A stretch of DNA of 27,491 nt from the IMG/VR virus record IMGVR_UViG_3300034656_000069; one strand, given 5' to 3'. Positions 8,154-15,405 of this stretch are shown piece after piece; positions within the stretch are counted from its first letter, which is position 1; each line of letters opens with the position of its first letter. The notes below the pieces were generated by a model. It did not search any database. It was not told the origin of the DNA and was given only the letters and a program-made list of their open reading frames with translations. The position numbers and the translations under genes were made by a program. The DNA is from an uncultured virus (IMG/VR IMGVR_UViG_3300034656_000069). Its lineage: Duplodnaviria; Heunggongvirae; Uroviricota; Caudoviricetes.

Positions 8154-9259
8154 CGCGTGGCACCTCCTTGGCTGCAGAGGTTGCCATTGGCGGCGCGGCC
8201 AAAGCGGCCCTTGTAAAACAGACTCCAAATGTCTGCATCAGCGCTACGGAAGTCCTGTTTGGCAGCGATGGTTTCTAACGCCATACGCCACCATTTCAAG
8301 CCGGTCTCCAGCGAGTCATAGCGAACGCGGCCATTAACCTCGACGCCGTAGAACTCTGCCCAGCGCTCAGCCAGTGCGTCAGCAGACTTCGTGCCTTGCC
8401 AGTCCAGCAGGTTAGGGGCCTTGCCTTTCACCTTGCCGCACGTCTCGTCCCAGATAGCGAGCAGGTCAGCATGGGGGCAGGCGGGGATATCGGGACTGTT
8501 TGCCGCAGGCGTCTGCCGCTCTTCGATATCGTCCAGCCAGCGCTCGTTGTTCAGGTACGTGGTGGGGTGAAGCAATTCAAAACCTTGTTGTTCAGCAGCA
8601 AGGCGCTTGCCAATGTCGCTAGCCAGGAATTCAGCAAACTCCATTGGCTCACGCTTTAGCCGCTTGGCGGTTTTCTTGAATTTGTCTTCAGCACGCTTGC
8701 GGTCTTTTTTCGGCAGACCGGCGTTGTAAAAAACCTCGAAGGCGTCACGCAGAATTTGCGCATTAACTACTGCGTCAGCAGTAGTTATGTCTTTCATGTC
8801 TTTAGAAGGTAGGTCGTTTTGACCTGAGTCAGATAGGTCGTTTTGACCTGAGTCAGTGCATTTTGTTAATGGCTCAGGAATGGCGCGTTTCGGCTGCTCA
8901 ACCTTCCATTCTTCAGCGTGCTTGTTTAACGATACTGGCGACCTGCTGCCACCCTTGCGAACGATGACGTCTTTCTCGATAAGGCTGGAAAGAACTTTTG
9001 CGCAAGTGGTCGCATGAATACCCGTCAGTTTTTCCAGCAGACCGCCTGTAACGCGAGCCTGCTTGCGATTCCAGCCATAGGTGAGGCGAATGACGGCCAT
9101 CACCACACGAAGCTCTCTCAGTGTGAAAGGCGCTGCCATGACCTGCTCTAGCAGCTCATTCGCGATGCGCGTGTATCCGTCCTCCACCTGCGGACCTCGC
9201 TTTTCCCTGACTTCGCCGGGAGGCGTTGAAGGGAATTGATATATCTCTGCGGATGACAT
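8150..9259 (-). CDS. Replication initiator (lambda O-like N-terminus)
   Basis: EDGYTRIANELLE...VIRLTYGWNRK; HPTTYLNNERW; internal direct repeats; followed by helicase. Confidence 0.88.
   Translation of the reverse strand: MSSAEIYQFPSTPPGEVREKRGPQVEDGYTRIANELLEQVMAAPFTLRELRVVMAVIRLTYGWNRKQARVTGGLLEKLTGIHATTCAKVLSSLIEKDVIVRKGGSRSPVSLNKHAEEWKVEQPKRAIPEPLTKCTDSGQNDLSDSGQNDLPSKDMKDITTADAVVNAQILRDAFEVFYNAGLPKKDRKRAEDKFKKTAKRLKREPMEFAEFLASDIGKRLAAEQQGFELLHPTTYLNNERWLDDIEERQTPAANSPDIPACPHADLLAIWDETCGKVKGKAPNLLDWQGTKSADALAERWAEFYGVEVNGRVRYDSLETGLKWWRMALETIAAKQDFRSADADIWSLFYKGRFGRAANGNLCSQGGATR
8764..8856. repeat. Putative replication origin inside O: two iterons and an inverted repeat
   Basis: TAGGTCGTTTTGACCTGAGTCAG at 8810-8832 and 8834-8856; TAACTACTGC-GTCA-GCAGTAGTTA at 8764-8787. 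Confidence 0.7.
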
Positions 9260-9409
9260 AAGCTTTCTCCATCAAGTTGCGATTCAAAGCCCGGCACGCT
9301 CCCCAGCAGCGCCGGGCTTTTCCGTTTTGGGCGTTTGCCCACCTAGCTGTAATTCTTACCAGCCCCTTCATTGCCGATGCGTCGAACCAGTGGTTCGTCT
9401 ATCATTCAG

Positions 9410-9637
9410 TTATGCAACGGCTTGATTTGGAGTGAATGCTTCCCGAATCTGGACGGCAGTTAAGCCTTCAACCAAGCCAGCAAGGGCTTCTGCATAATTC
9501 GTTTCACCGGTGTATTCAGTGCGCGGCAAAGCGTTACGAGAGGCCCATTTGTAGAGCGCCCGTGAAGAGATGCCGCACGCTTTAGCGCAGGCTTCGATAC
9601 CACCCGCTTTTTCAAATAATTCGCGCAAGGAATGCAT
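9410..9637 (-). CDS. cro: Cro-like repressor
   Basis: AGGIEACAKACGISSRALYKW...LPRTEYTGETNYA; divergent from cI. Confidence 0.85.
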   Translation of the reverse strand: MHSLRELFEKAGGIEACAKACGISSRALYKWASRNALPRTEYTGETNYAEALAGLVEGLTAVQIREAFTPNQAVA

Positions 9638-9656
9638 GAATGGAACCTCTCAAAAG

Positions 9657-9714
9657 TGTACTTACAGTACATGATAGACCTGTACTGACAGTACATTCAA
9701 GTACTGGCAACATT
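9657..9714. promoter_or_regulatory. OR operators with PR and PRM
   Basis: Palindromes TGTACTTACAGTACA (9657-9671) and TGTACTGACAGTACA (9681-9695), half-site at 9700; PR (minus) TTGAAT-18-TATCAT; possible PRM CTGACA-17-CAACAT placing +1 at the cI ATG (leaderless). Confidence 0.75.
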
Positions 9715-9720
9715 GAACGC

Positions 9721-10482
9721 ATGGTTCAAACTCAACAGTTACGCGATGAATTCACCTCGCGGCTCAAAAAAGCCATTGCCAGCAATGGGATACCTATCCA
9801 CGGATCGGGCGCGTACCTGTGCCGATTAACAAAAGTGACGCCAAAAGCAGCCAGCAAATGGCTTAACGCGGAGTCGATGCCAGGCGCCGCAAAGATGAAG
9901 GCTATTTCTGACGGCTTAGGCGTTAGGCTTGAGTGGCTGCAGTACGGCGTGGAGCCGATGACCTCAGAGGTCAAGACACTGCATAGGCGACCAATTACCT
10001 CCGAGCTAGAGCTGCACGACACCGAGATAGTCGAAGGTGATGGCCCGCTAGAATATGATGAGGTGGAATTGCCCTGCTTTAGAGAGGTAGAGTTTGCTGC
10101 TGGGGATGGGCGAACGCAGGTAATTGAAAACCACGGGGCATCAATGCGGTTTAGTCTGGCAAGGCTGTCTCGCGCTGGCGTGCAGCCTAGTCATGCCGCC
10201 TGCGCAACAGTGAAAGGCACTTCAATGGAGCCCACGATAGCTGACGGCTCGCCTATAGCGATTGATAAAGGCTCGGTACATATTGTTGACGGTAAGATAT
10301 ATGCGCTTGAGCACGGCGGAGAGCTGCGAGTTAAGCGGCTTTACAAGATGCCGTTGAACAGAATCAGGTTGGTTAGCGATAACGCAGAAGAGTACCCAGA
10401 AGAAGTTTATATGCTCGGCCATGAAGATGCGCCGCGTATTCTAGGCCGTGTTTTCTGGTGGGAAGTGTTCGATTCCGCCTAA
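9721..10482 (+). CDS. cI: CI-like repressor (HTH + S24 peptidase)
   Basis: N-terminal HTH; FAAGDG cleavage site; GTSMEP catalytic Ser; LRVKRL catalytic Lys; ILGRVFW. Confidence 0.93.
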   Translation: MVQTQQLRDEFTSRLKKAIASNGIPIHGSGAYLCRLTKVTPKAASKWLNAESMPGAAKMKAISDGLGVRLEWLQYGVEPMTSEVKTLHRRPITSELELHDTEIVEGDGPLEYDEVELPCFREVEFAAGDGRTQVIENHGASMRFSLARLSRAGVQPSHAACATVKGTSMEPTIADGSPIAIDKGSVHIVDGKIYALEHGGELRVKRLYKMPLNRIRLVSDNAEEYPEEVYMLGHEDAPRILGRVFWWEVFDSA

Positions 10483-10504
10483 ATAATCCGAATAGATAGC
10501 TCAT

Positions 10505-10528
10505 ACCCGCCCCAGAGGCGGGTTTTTT
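10505..10528 (+). terminator. Intrinsic terminator after cI
   Basis: CCCGCC-N5-GGCGGG followed by T6. Confidence 0.8.
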
Positions 10529-10600
10529 GTGCCTGCAATAAAATAATTTCCCTCCTAAGCCATTGATATACCAAAAGTACACGTTGCCACGCCGTTAAAT

Positions 10601-10642
10601 TGTACTTTTAGTCTTGACGATGTTGTACCTATGGTTCATATT
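10601..10642 (+). promoter_or_regulatory. PL promoter with OL operators
   Basis: TTGACG (10614)-17-CATATT (10637); operator variants TGTACTTTTAGTCTT (10601-10615) and TGTACCTATGGTTCA (10624-10638). Confidence 0.7.
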
Positions 10643-10676
10643 TAACTCACACAACGGCACAGCAGAAGGCCAGCAG

Positions 10677-11051
10677 ATGGAAATCACACAGGGCGAATGG
10701 GTGGCAGAAGTTGAAACCACCAAAGGCAGCGAAGGAATGACCCGCATGGAAGCCACCTATCTGCTGTGCGTTGCCAACGGAATGACCCACAAGGAAGTAG
10801 CTAGGCAGTTGGGGCGCTCACCGGAAACGGTAAGCAAAGGGCTGAAACGAGCCTACCACCGCCTAGGCGTCAGCAAGGCCACGGCAGCGGTAGCCAAGGC
10901 CCAGGCCAAAGGATGGATTCGATACGCAGGGAAGATCGCCATGTGCGCGCTGCTATCCGTAGCAATGCTCACAGGCACAGACGATGCGATGCGCCGTAGT
11001 GGCAAGACTCGTATCGCCCGAAAGGCGGAAGAGGTTCAAGCCATCGCCTGA
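10677..11051 (+). CDS. LuxR/GerE-type HTH protein, first gene of PL operon
   Basis: MTRMEATYLLCVANGMTHKEVARQLGRSPETVSKGLKRAYHRLGV. Confidence 0.85.
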   Translation: MEITQGEWVAEVETTKGSEGMTRMEATYLLCVANGMTHKEVARQLGRSPETVSKGLKRAYHRLGVSKATAAVAKAQAKGWIRYAGKIAMCALLSVAMLTGTDDAMRRSGKTRIARKAEEVQAIA

Positions 11052-11055
11052 CCGG

Positions 11056-11093
11056 AAGCTGACCGGACAACAGCTTGCTCTTTACACAATCTG
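11056..11093 (+). promoter_or_regulatory. Hairpin plus boxA (nut-like antitermination site)
   Basis: AAGCTG-N9-CAGCTT followed by TGCTCTTTACACAA, close to the rrn boxA consensus TGCTCTTTAACA. Confidence 0.65.
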
Positions 11094-11097
11094 CGAT

Positions 11098-11305
11098 CCC
11101 CCGGTGCTTGGGCCAATGCATCCACCTACAGGCTAGGTGATTCCAGCGATACCCAAGCGGGGCGGCCCCTAACAGACGTGGGGCAGCGGTTGGCACCAGG
11201 GCGTAGCGAGCCCATGTTGGATAAAGACCACGCCGGGGTCAGTACCGGCGAGCGCCTTCAACCGAGGGCGCCTTCCTGAGTCGATTCATGGGGAGTCGGC
11301 TGAGG
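11098..11305 (+). ncRNA. Structured non-coding segment of PL transcript
   Basis: Stems GCTTGGG/CCCAAGC, CACCTA/TAGGTG, GCCCC/GGGGC, CGCCGG-N8-CCGGCG, GCGCCTTC/GAGGGCGC; no convincing ORF. Confidence 0.45.
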
Positions 11306-11319
11306 TTGGGAGATAGCGC

Positions 11320-11496
11320 ATGACGACGCAATCAAGAATATCAGTAGCAGTAGATGAGTCGGTGGCGGTTAACGCTACCAAGGAATCGATAGCGAAGCGC
11401 ATTGATGAGCTGGCCAGCACGGCGGATCAGATCAGTAGCGACGATCTGCACGAGCTAGCCAACAAGGTACGAAGTGAGCCGGTTATTGTTTCTTAA
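11320..11496 (+). CDS. Hypothetical protein (58 aa)
   Basis: MTTQSRISVAVDESVAVNATKESIAKRIDELASTADQISSDDLHELANKVRSEPVIVS*; SD GGGAG. Confidence 0.5.
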   Translation: MTTQSRISVAVDESVAVNATKESIAKRIDELASTADQISSDDLHELANKVRSEPVIVS

Positions 11497-11695
11497 AGCC
11501 CTTGCCACTGGTTCCAAAGCCGCCTAGGGCGCTATCGCCAATCTCTTTGGCGGCTGAATCAAGGTGATCAAGGCATGCTCGCTTGGTGCCCATTTCAGAG
11601 CCACAAGCGGTGCAAGTTACCTGCTCATCATCATGGTCGGGAATATTGAATTCAGTATTGCGGCAGTCAGGGCATCGCGCCGTGATTGTTGTCAT
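11483..11695 (-). CDS. Small zinc-ribbon protein, inverted moron-like gene
   Basis: CPDC...CTAC; SD AGGAG; -10-like TATCCT upstream; opposite to operon direction. Confidence 0.7.
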   Translation of the reverse strand: MTTITARCPDCRNTEFNIPDHDDEQVTCTACGSEMGTKRACLDHLDSAAKEIGDSALGGFGTSGKGFKKQ

Positions 11696-11763
11696 CGTTT
11701 TTAGCTCCTGGTGTGTGGAAACTTCAGGATAGCTAAGACGCGGGAACTGCGATAGTGCCATTA

Positions 11764-11905
11764 GCCCGTTCACTGAGCGGGCATCGGGATGAATTTGGCG
11801 CGTGTCGGCTCGGCACGGTCGGCTAAATGTGAAGCGACGGCGGTGCCGCGCATGTCGTGGAGCGGCGGGGCCCATTGAACATCGCCCGCCGAGTTCATCC
11901 CGATG
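11764..11905 (+). ncRNA. Structured RNA module, copy 1
   Basis: Hairpin GCCCGTTC-ACT-GAGCGGGC, then 19-bp stem 11782-11800/11887-11905. Confidence 0.55.
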
Positions 11906-11931
11906 TTTGATCACGATCACAGGAGAGCGGT

Positions 11932-12126
11932 ATGGCGAACAGAGTTTTAGACCCAGCTATTTCGGCTCTAAAGTCGAGGGCGAGAGAGCTAGGCTCCGAA
12001 TCGGTGATGACGACCGACGAAAACGGTAACACGTTAATACTCATCGGAGCCGATGATCCTGATAAATCAGGCCGTTTGGCGGCATGCATGCTCCAGATAG
12101 AGCAGCAATCCAGAGCTAGCCGCTAA
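11932..12126 (+). CDS. Hypothetical protein
   Basis: 64 aa; SD AGGAG. Confidence 0.6.
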   Translation: MANRVLDPAISALKSRARELGSESVMTTDENGNTLILIGADDPDKSGRLAACMLQIEQQSRASR

Positions 12127-12142
12127 TCAACAGGAGGTGGGT

Positions 12143-12370
12143 ATGAAGACGAACGTAATAGAAATAACAGTTAGCGGAAAAGTCGGGTGCGGAAAAAGCG
12201 AAGTGCTTGAGGTTATCCGCAACGCTCTTGACGAGCACCTCGGCTATCCGCGAACGCACATTAAGATCGCTGGCGTTAACCCTGTGGGTGGAATAGAGGA
12301 AGCAAGGCACACAAGGCAAACCACGCGAAACGAAAAAACGGTATTTGTTCTAAGGGAAGAAGATTTTTGA
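12143..12370 (+). CDS. Small protein with P-loop-like motif (75 aa)
   Basis: IEITVSGKVGCGKSEV; SD AGGAGGT. Confidence 0.7.
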   Translation: MKTNVIEITVSGKVGCGKSEVLEVIRNALDEHLGYPRTHIKIAGVNPVGGIEEARHTRQTTRNEKTVFVLREEDF

Positions 12371-12407
12371 GCACCACCCGCTCCGCTGGGTAACGCGGCC
12401 TAGAGCC

Positions 12408-12733
12408 TGCCCGTTCGGCTGAGAATAGAGCGGGCATCGGGAAGCTGGGTGGTACTGGCGCGACGATGCCAGCGAAGGCATGGATGAAGTAATGAGCATT
12501 CTCGCCAGCCAGCTTCCCGATGCAGTGAAAGATACGCCCCGAAGCGGGTGCTCCCGTATGCCTTATCGGTGGGGGTTAATGGAACGAAAAGATAGGGCCA
12601 CTGCATCACGCTATCAGGGGATCAAACGGCATTGCGTCCGCCCCGATGACGGCAACCACTATCGCGACACCTAAAGCTCGGGCGTCACCGGCCAGCCCAA
12701 TGATCAAGAGCCGGATTTAGGGGGACCGCATCA
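12408..12733 (+). ncRNA. Structured RNA module, copy 2 plus a degenerate copy
   Basis: Hairpin 12408-12436; 15-bp stem 12434-12448/12509-12523; GATGCAGTG/CACTGCATC 12519-12607; degenerate unit 12613-12733. Confidence 0.55.
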
Positions 12734-12904
12734 TGCCCAGTATTTAATTAACACCTCGCTATGGAATTGTGTGCTGCGCCCTGGCGAGGTCAGGGCGCAT
12801 CGGAAAGGGTGAAGGGCAAGCGCCCTGTAGCGTGAGTAGCGCGTCTCGCATACATGACAAGCTGGATACTAGCCGTCTTAACGGTGAGGGGAAGGAGAGA
12901 TTCT

Positions 12905-13048
12905 ATGTGTGGGCATGAAAAGGAAAAAAGTCGATGTCGTGATTGTGGGAGGTTTGTCGAGAAAGCCCGGCGAAAACCAGCTTCATCAAACGCAGAGCCA
13001 TTATGTTGGAAGTGCTGGCTCGAATATGACGACCCGGCGTTTATGTAA
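12905..13048 (+). CDS. Small zinc-finger protein (47 aa)
   Basis: CRDC...CWKC; SD AAGGAG. Confidence 0.6.
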   Translation: MCGHEKEKSRCRDCGRFVEKARRKPASSNAEPLCWKCWLEYDDPAFM

Positions 13049-13055
13049 CACCGGC

Positions 13056-13330
13056 GCCAGCAGCGGCTCTGCTGGCCATCAGGAAGGGCTCTGTTGCCGA
13101 TAGCGGTCGGCAGGCATGGGTGCGGTGGAGCCAAGCGAAGGTTCGACAACTTCGGTCCATGTTCCGTGAAGCAGAGCCCTTCCTGATGCAGTGCGACGTG
13201 GAAAGCAGACGCGTTTGGAGATAAGCACCACTCACCAGTGAAAAATCGTACGCAAGTAGCTGGTGGGGCCAAAGCGGGGGCCCACCCCTGCGGTGTCAGC
13301 CGGAGTAGCGCCCGGCCACTGCATCACCCC
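13056..13330 (+). ncRNA. Structured RNA module with tRNA-like 3' domain
   Basis: Hairpin 13056-13076; perfect 17-bp stem 13077-13093/13172-13188; TGATGCAGTG/CACTGCATCA with stacked GCCGG-N8-CCGGC arm. Confidence 0.6.
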
Positions 13331-13480
13331 ATTCCGGCAACTCACAAGAAGTCCCTACCAGTTGGCATGGCCTCTTGCTGAGTCGCCATGCCCGCGCTGC
13401 TTCCCCTTTGCCGACTCACTGCACTGGCACTGCGAGGGGCGCAGATACAGCAGGCAGCGCGCCTAATTAGAGAGGTGTTT

Positions 13481-13828
13481 ATGAAAACGTTCGAAGCTGA
13501 TTTTGAAATGCAGATCAAGGTGGAGATTGAGAATCCCGAGGCGGTAAAGGCTTACTTCATCGATGGAAAATGGAGCGAGGTCTTTTGGGACATCGTCGAT
13601 CTTGAGGATTTCGTGGGCGACCTTTCCCGCGCATTCGAAGCTACACCCGAATATCTCCGCGAGGGCTTGTTCTTAAAGGAAGTTGAGGGCTTTGGTATTT
13701 ACAGCCGTAAGCCTGGGGAAAAAGGCTATCAGCTTAGCGCCGAAGGGGTTTTGGAGATAGGCAGCGCAATTGGGATAACTGTCGATGATCTGGAAGTGGC
13801 GTTTGTCACGGAGCGCACCGGTGGCTAA
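13481..13828 (+). CDS. Hypothetical acidic protein
   Basis: MKTFEADFEMQI...; SD GAGGTG. Confidence 0.7.
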   Translation: MKTFEADFEMQIKVEIENPEAVKAYFIDGKWSEVFWDIVDLEDFVGDLSRAFEATPEYLREGLFLKEVEGFGIYSRKPGEKGYQLSAEGVLEIGSAIGITVDDLEVAFVTERTGG

Positions 13829-13968
13829 CCGACCCCCTAGATAAAGAAGCGCTCGACAGCAAAGACAGGGCGGCGCAGCGGTTGCTCTATCGCCGCCGCA
13901 TTGAATCGGATCACAAGCGCGCTGATTTGGCGTTGCGGCGCGAACTGAAGGAGGTCTGGCAGATATGA
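13821..13968 (+). pseudogene. Small gene with +1 frameshift in a C5 run
   Basis: Removing one C at 13833-13837 restores MANRPLDKEALDSKDRAAQRLLYRRRIESDHKRADLALRRELKEVWQI*; SD GGAG; ATGA overlap with next gene. Confidence 0.5.
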
Positions 13969-14132
13969 CCACACGCTACCTGATCCGCGAAAAGCGCGGA
14001 GACATCATCACGCCACGCCCTGACTTGGGCGTTTTTTTTGGCCTGCGTTTAGCCCGCACCACGGCCAAGCGCCTGGGCTACCCGCCAAAACTGATCAAGA
14101 AGGTGAATCGCCATGGTCGCGATGGAAGTTAA
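13965..14132 (+). CDS. Hypothetical basic protein (55 aa)
   Basis: MTTRYLIREKRGDII...; SD AAGGAGGT. Confidence 0.55.
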   Translation: MTTRYLIREKRGDIITPRPDLGVFFGLRLARTTAKRLGYPPKLIKKVNRHGRDGS

Positions 14133-14367
14133 GGAGCGCAACGTTCACGCCAAGAATCTGGTTGTCGGAAAGCGTTACGCCTATCGATACGACCGCGGCG
14201 GCGTTCATTGCGGCCACTGCATTGTGGAGCATGTTCAAGACCAGCCTTTTTGGAAGCGAAAGCCGCTAACCGTCACGTTCAAGCCTGAGTTTGCAAAGCG
14301 CCTGACCATGCGCGCTGAGAACGTCGAATTCTTTGAGCCGGAGACACTTTATGAACGCACTACATGA
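14113..14367 (+). CDS. Hypothetical protein
   Basis: 84 aa; SD AGGTGA; overlapping neighbours. Confidence 0.6.
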   Translation: MVAMEVKERNVHAKNLVVGKRYAYRYDRGGVHCGHCIVEHVQDQPFWKRKPLTVTFKPEFAKRLTMRAENVEFFEPETLYERTT

Positions 14368-14536
14368 AGAGCTGCGCGCTCAGTTGCGCGCCAAGGGTGG
14401 ACAGGTCAGCGGACAGCCCAAGCCAGGAAGCCGCTTTGACCCCTCGAAGTTACGTGGCAAGAACGCGGCACGCTGGGCGGAGTACCGCAAGCGTCGCGGT
14501 GGAGCGCCTGCACCGCTGCAGCTATGGGAGGCATGA
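14351..14536 (+). CDS. Hypothetical basic protein
   Basis: MNALHEELRAQL...; SD GGAG. Confidence 0.55.
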   Translation: MNALHEELRAQLRAKGGQVSGQPKPGSRFDPSKLRGKNAARWAEYRKRRGGAPAPLQLWEA

Positions 14537-14537
14537 T

Positions 14538-15149
14538 ATGACAGCAATTCAAAAAACACCCCTTGAGCGCTTCCAAGAAACCATTGGCGAGCACCAGTTA
14601 ACGATCATTCGCGATGACGGCCTGCATCGCCACCTTCGCTGCGCCCGCCCTCAAAGCAGCGACCGTTATTTCAACATCACCACATGGCCGGGCTTCCTGT
14701 GCATCAGCGGTGATATGGGGTGCTACGTGTTCCAGCGTATTGAGGACATGTTCGCGTTCTTCCGTAATGACGAGATGGGCATCAGCCCTGGTTACTGGTC
14801 AGAGAAGCTACAGGCTGGGCCTCATGTGCCGCCCGATGAAATCACCCGCGAGTGGGTGTCTGAAAAGTTCGAAGCGAAGATCAAAGGCTGGTTCGAGCAG
14901 GCCACCGAGGAATGGGACGAAGAGAAAAAGGAAGAAGCCTGGGAGGAAGTGGAAAGCGAAGTGCTCAGTGAAAGCGAGCACGAGTATTCAGCAATCCGAG
15001 CTGCGATTGACTTCACTTTCGAAGGCAAAGAGCTGTTTCAAGACTTCTATGAAGTCGACTGCAAGCGGTGGAAAACCCACTACCTCTGGTGCTGCTACGC
15101 CATCGTGTGGGCTATCCAGCAGTACGACGCAGTCAAGCAGGAGGCATGA
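14538..15149 (+). CDS. Conserved phage hypothetical protein
   Basis: IRDDGLHRHL...TWPGFLCISGDMGCYVFQRIEDMFAFFR...YWSEKL...WCCYAIVWAIQQYD; SD GGGAGG. Confidence 0.8.
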   Translation: MTAIQKTPLERFQETIGEHQLTIIRDDGLHRHLRCARPQSSDRYFNITTWPGFLCISGDMGCYVFQRIEDMFAFFRNDEMGISPGYWSEKLQAGPHVPPDEITREWVSEKFEAKIKGWFEQATEEWDEEKKEEAWEEVESEVLSESEHEYSAIRAAIDFTFEGKELFQDFYEVDCKRWKTHYLWCCYAIVWAIQQYDAVKQEA

Positions 15150-15150
15150 C

Positions 15151-15405
15151 ATGAACATTGCTTATGCAGTACCCGATCAAACCGCCATCCGGTATCCGCA
15201 GTTCTCGCCCGAAGCGGACATGACGCCAACAGACTGCCTGGAGGCGGATCAGCCATGGGCGAGTCAGTCACTCATTCGCTGGGCCCAGCAGCCCGAGAAC
15301 GAACACTACCTGATGGACATCATGTTTGAGCGCAACGCTACGGCTATGCGTGATGTGGCTATCCAGGCGTGGGATGCGCAGGTGCGCAAGGGGGAGTGGT
15401 CGTGA
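15151..15405 (+). CDS. Hypothetical protein
   Basis: MNIAYAVPDQ...; SD AGGAGG. Confidence 0.6.
   Translation: MNIAYAVPDQTAIRYPQFSPEADMTPTDCLEADQPWASQSLIRWAQQPENEHYLMDIMFERNATAMRDVAIQAWDAQVRKGEWS

Noticed and set aside
8810..8856. Direct repeats as DGR template/variable repeats
   Set aside because: Short, exact and inside the O gene; no reverse transcriptase in the window; better explained as iterons.
9156..9371. 71-aa ORF as CII
   Set aside because: No HTH or CII-like features; overlaps O by ~100 nt and spans a hairpin.
11764..13326. CRISPR array or solitary CRISPR-repeat mimic
   Set aside because: Repeats are inverted, divergent and irregularly spaced; only GTTCACTG (11768) resembles a type I-F repeat start; no cas genes.
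13184..13330. Canonical phage tRNA gene
   Set aside because: No TTC T-loop, no 7-nt anticodon loop, too long; kept only as tRNA-like.
14032..14039. T8 tract as a frameshift site
   Set aside because: The ORF 13965-14132 is open across it and no alternative product is evident.
14614..15150. N-terminal extension of ORF 14614-15405 (likewise upstream extensions of cI, dnaB, terS and the 3TM holin)
   Set aside because: Overlaps real neighbouring genes or operators; downstream starts have SD sequences, stop-start coupling or a fitting promoter.
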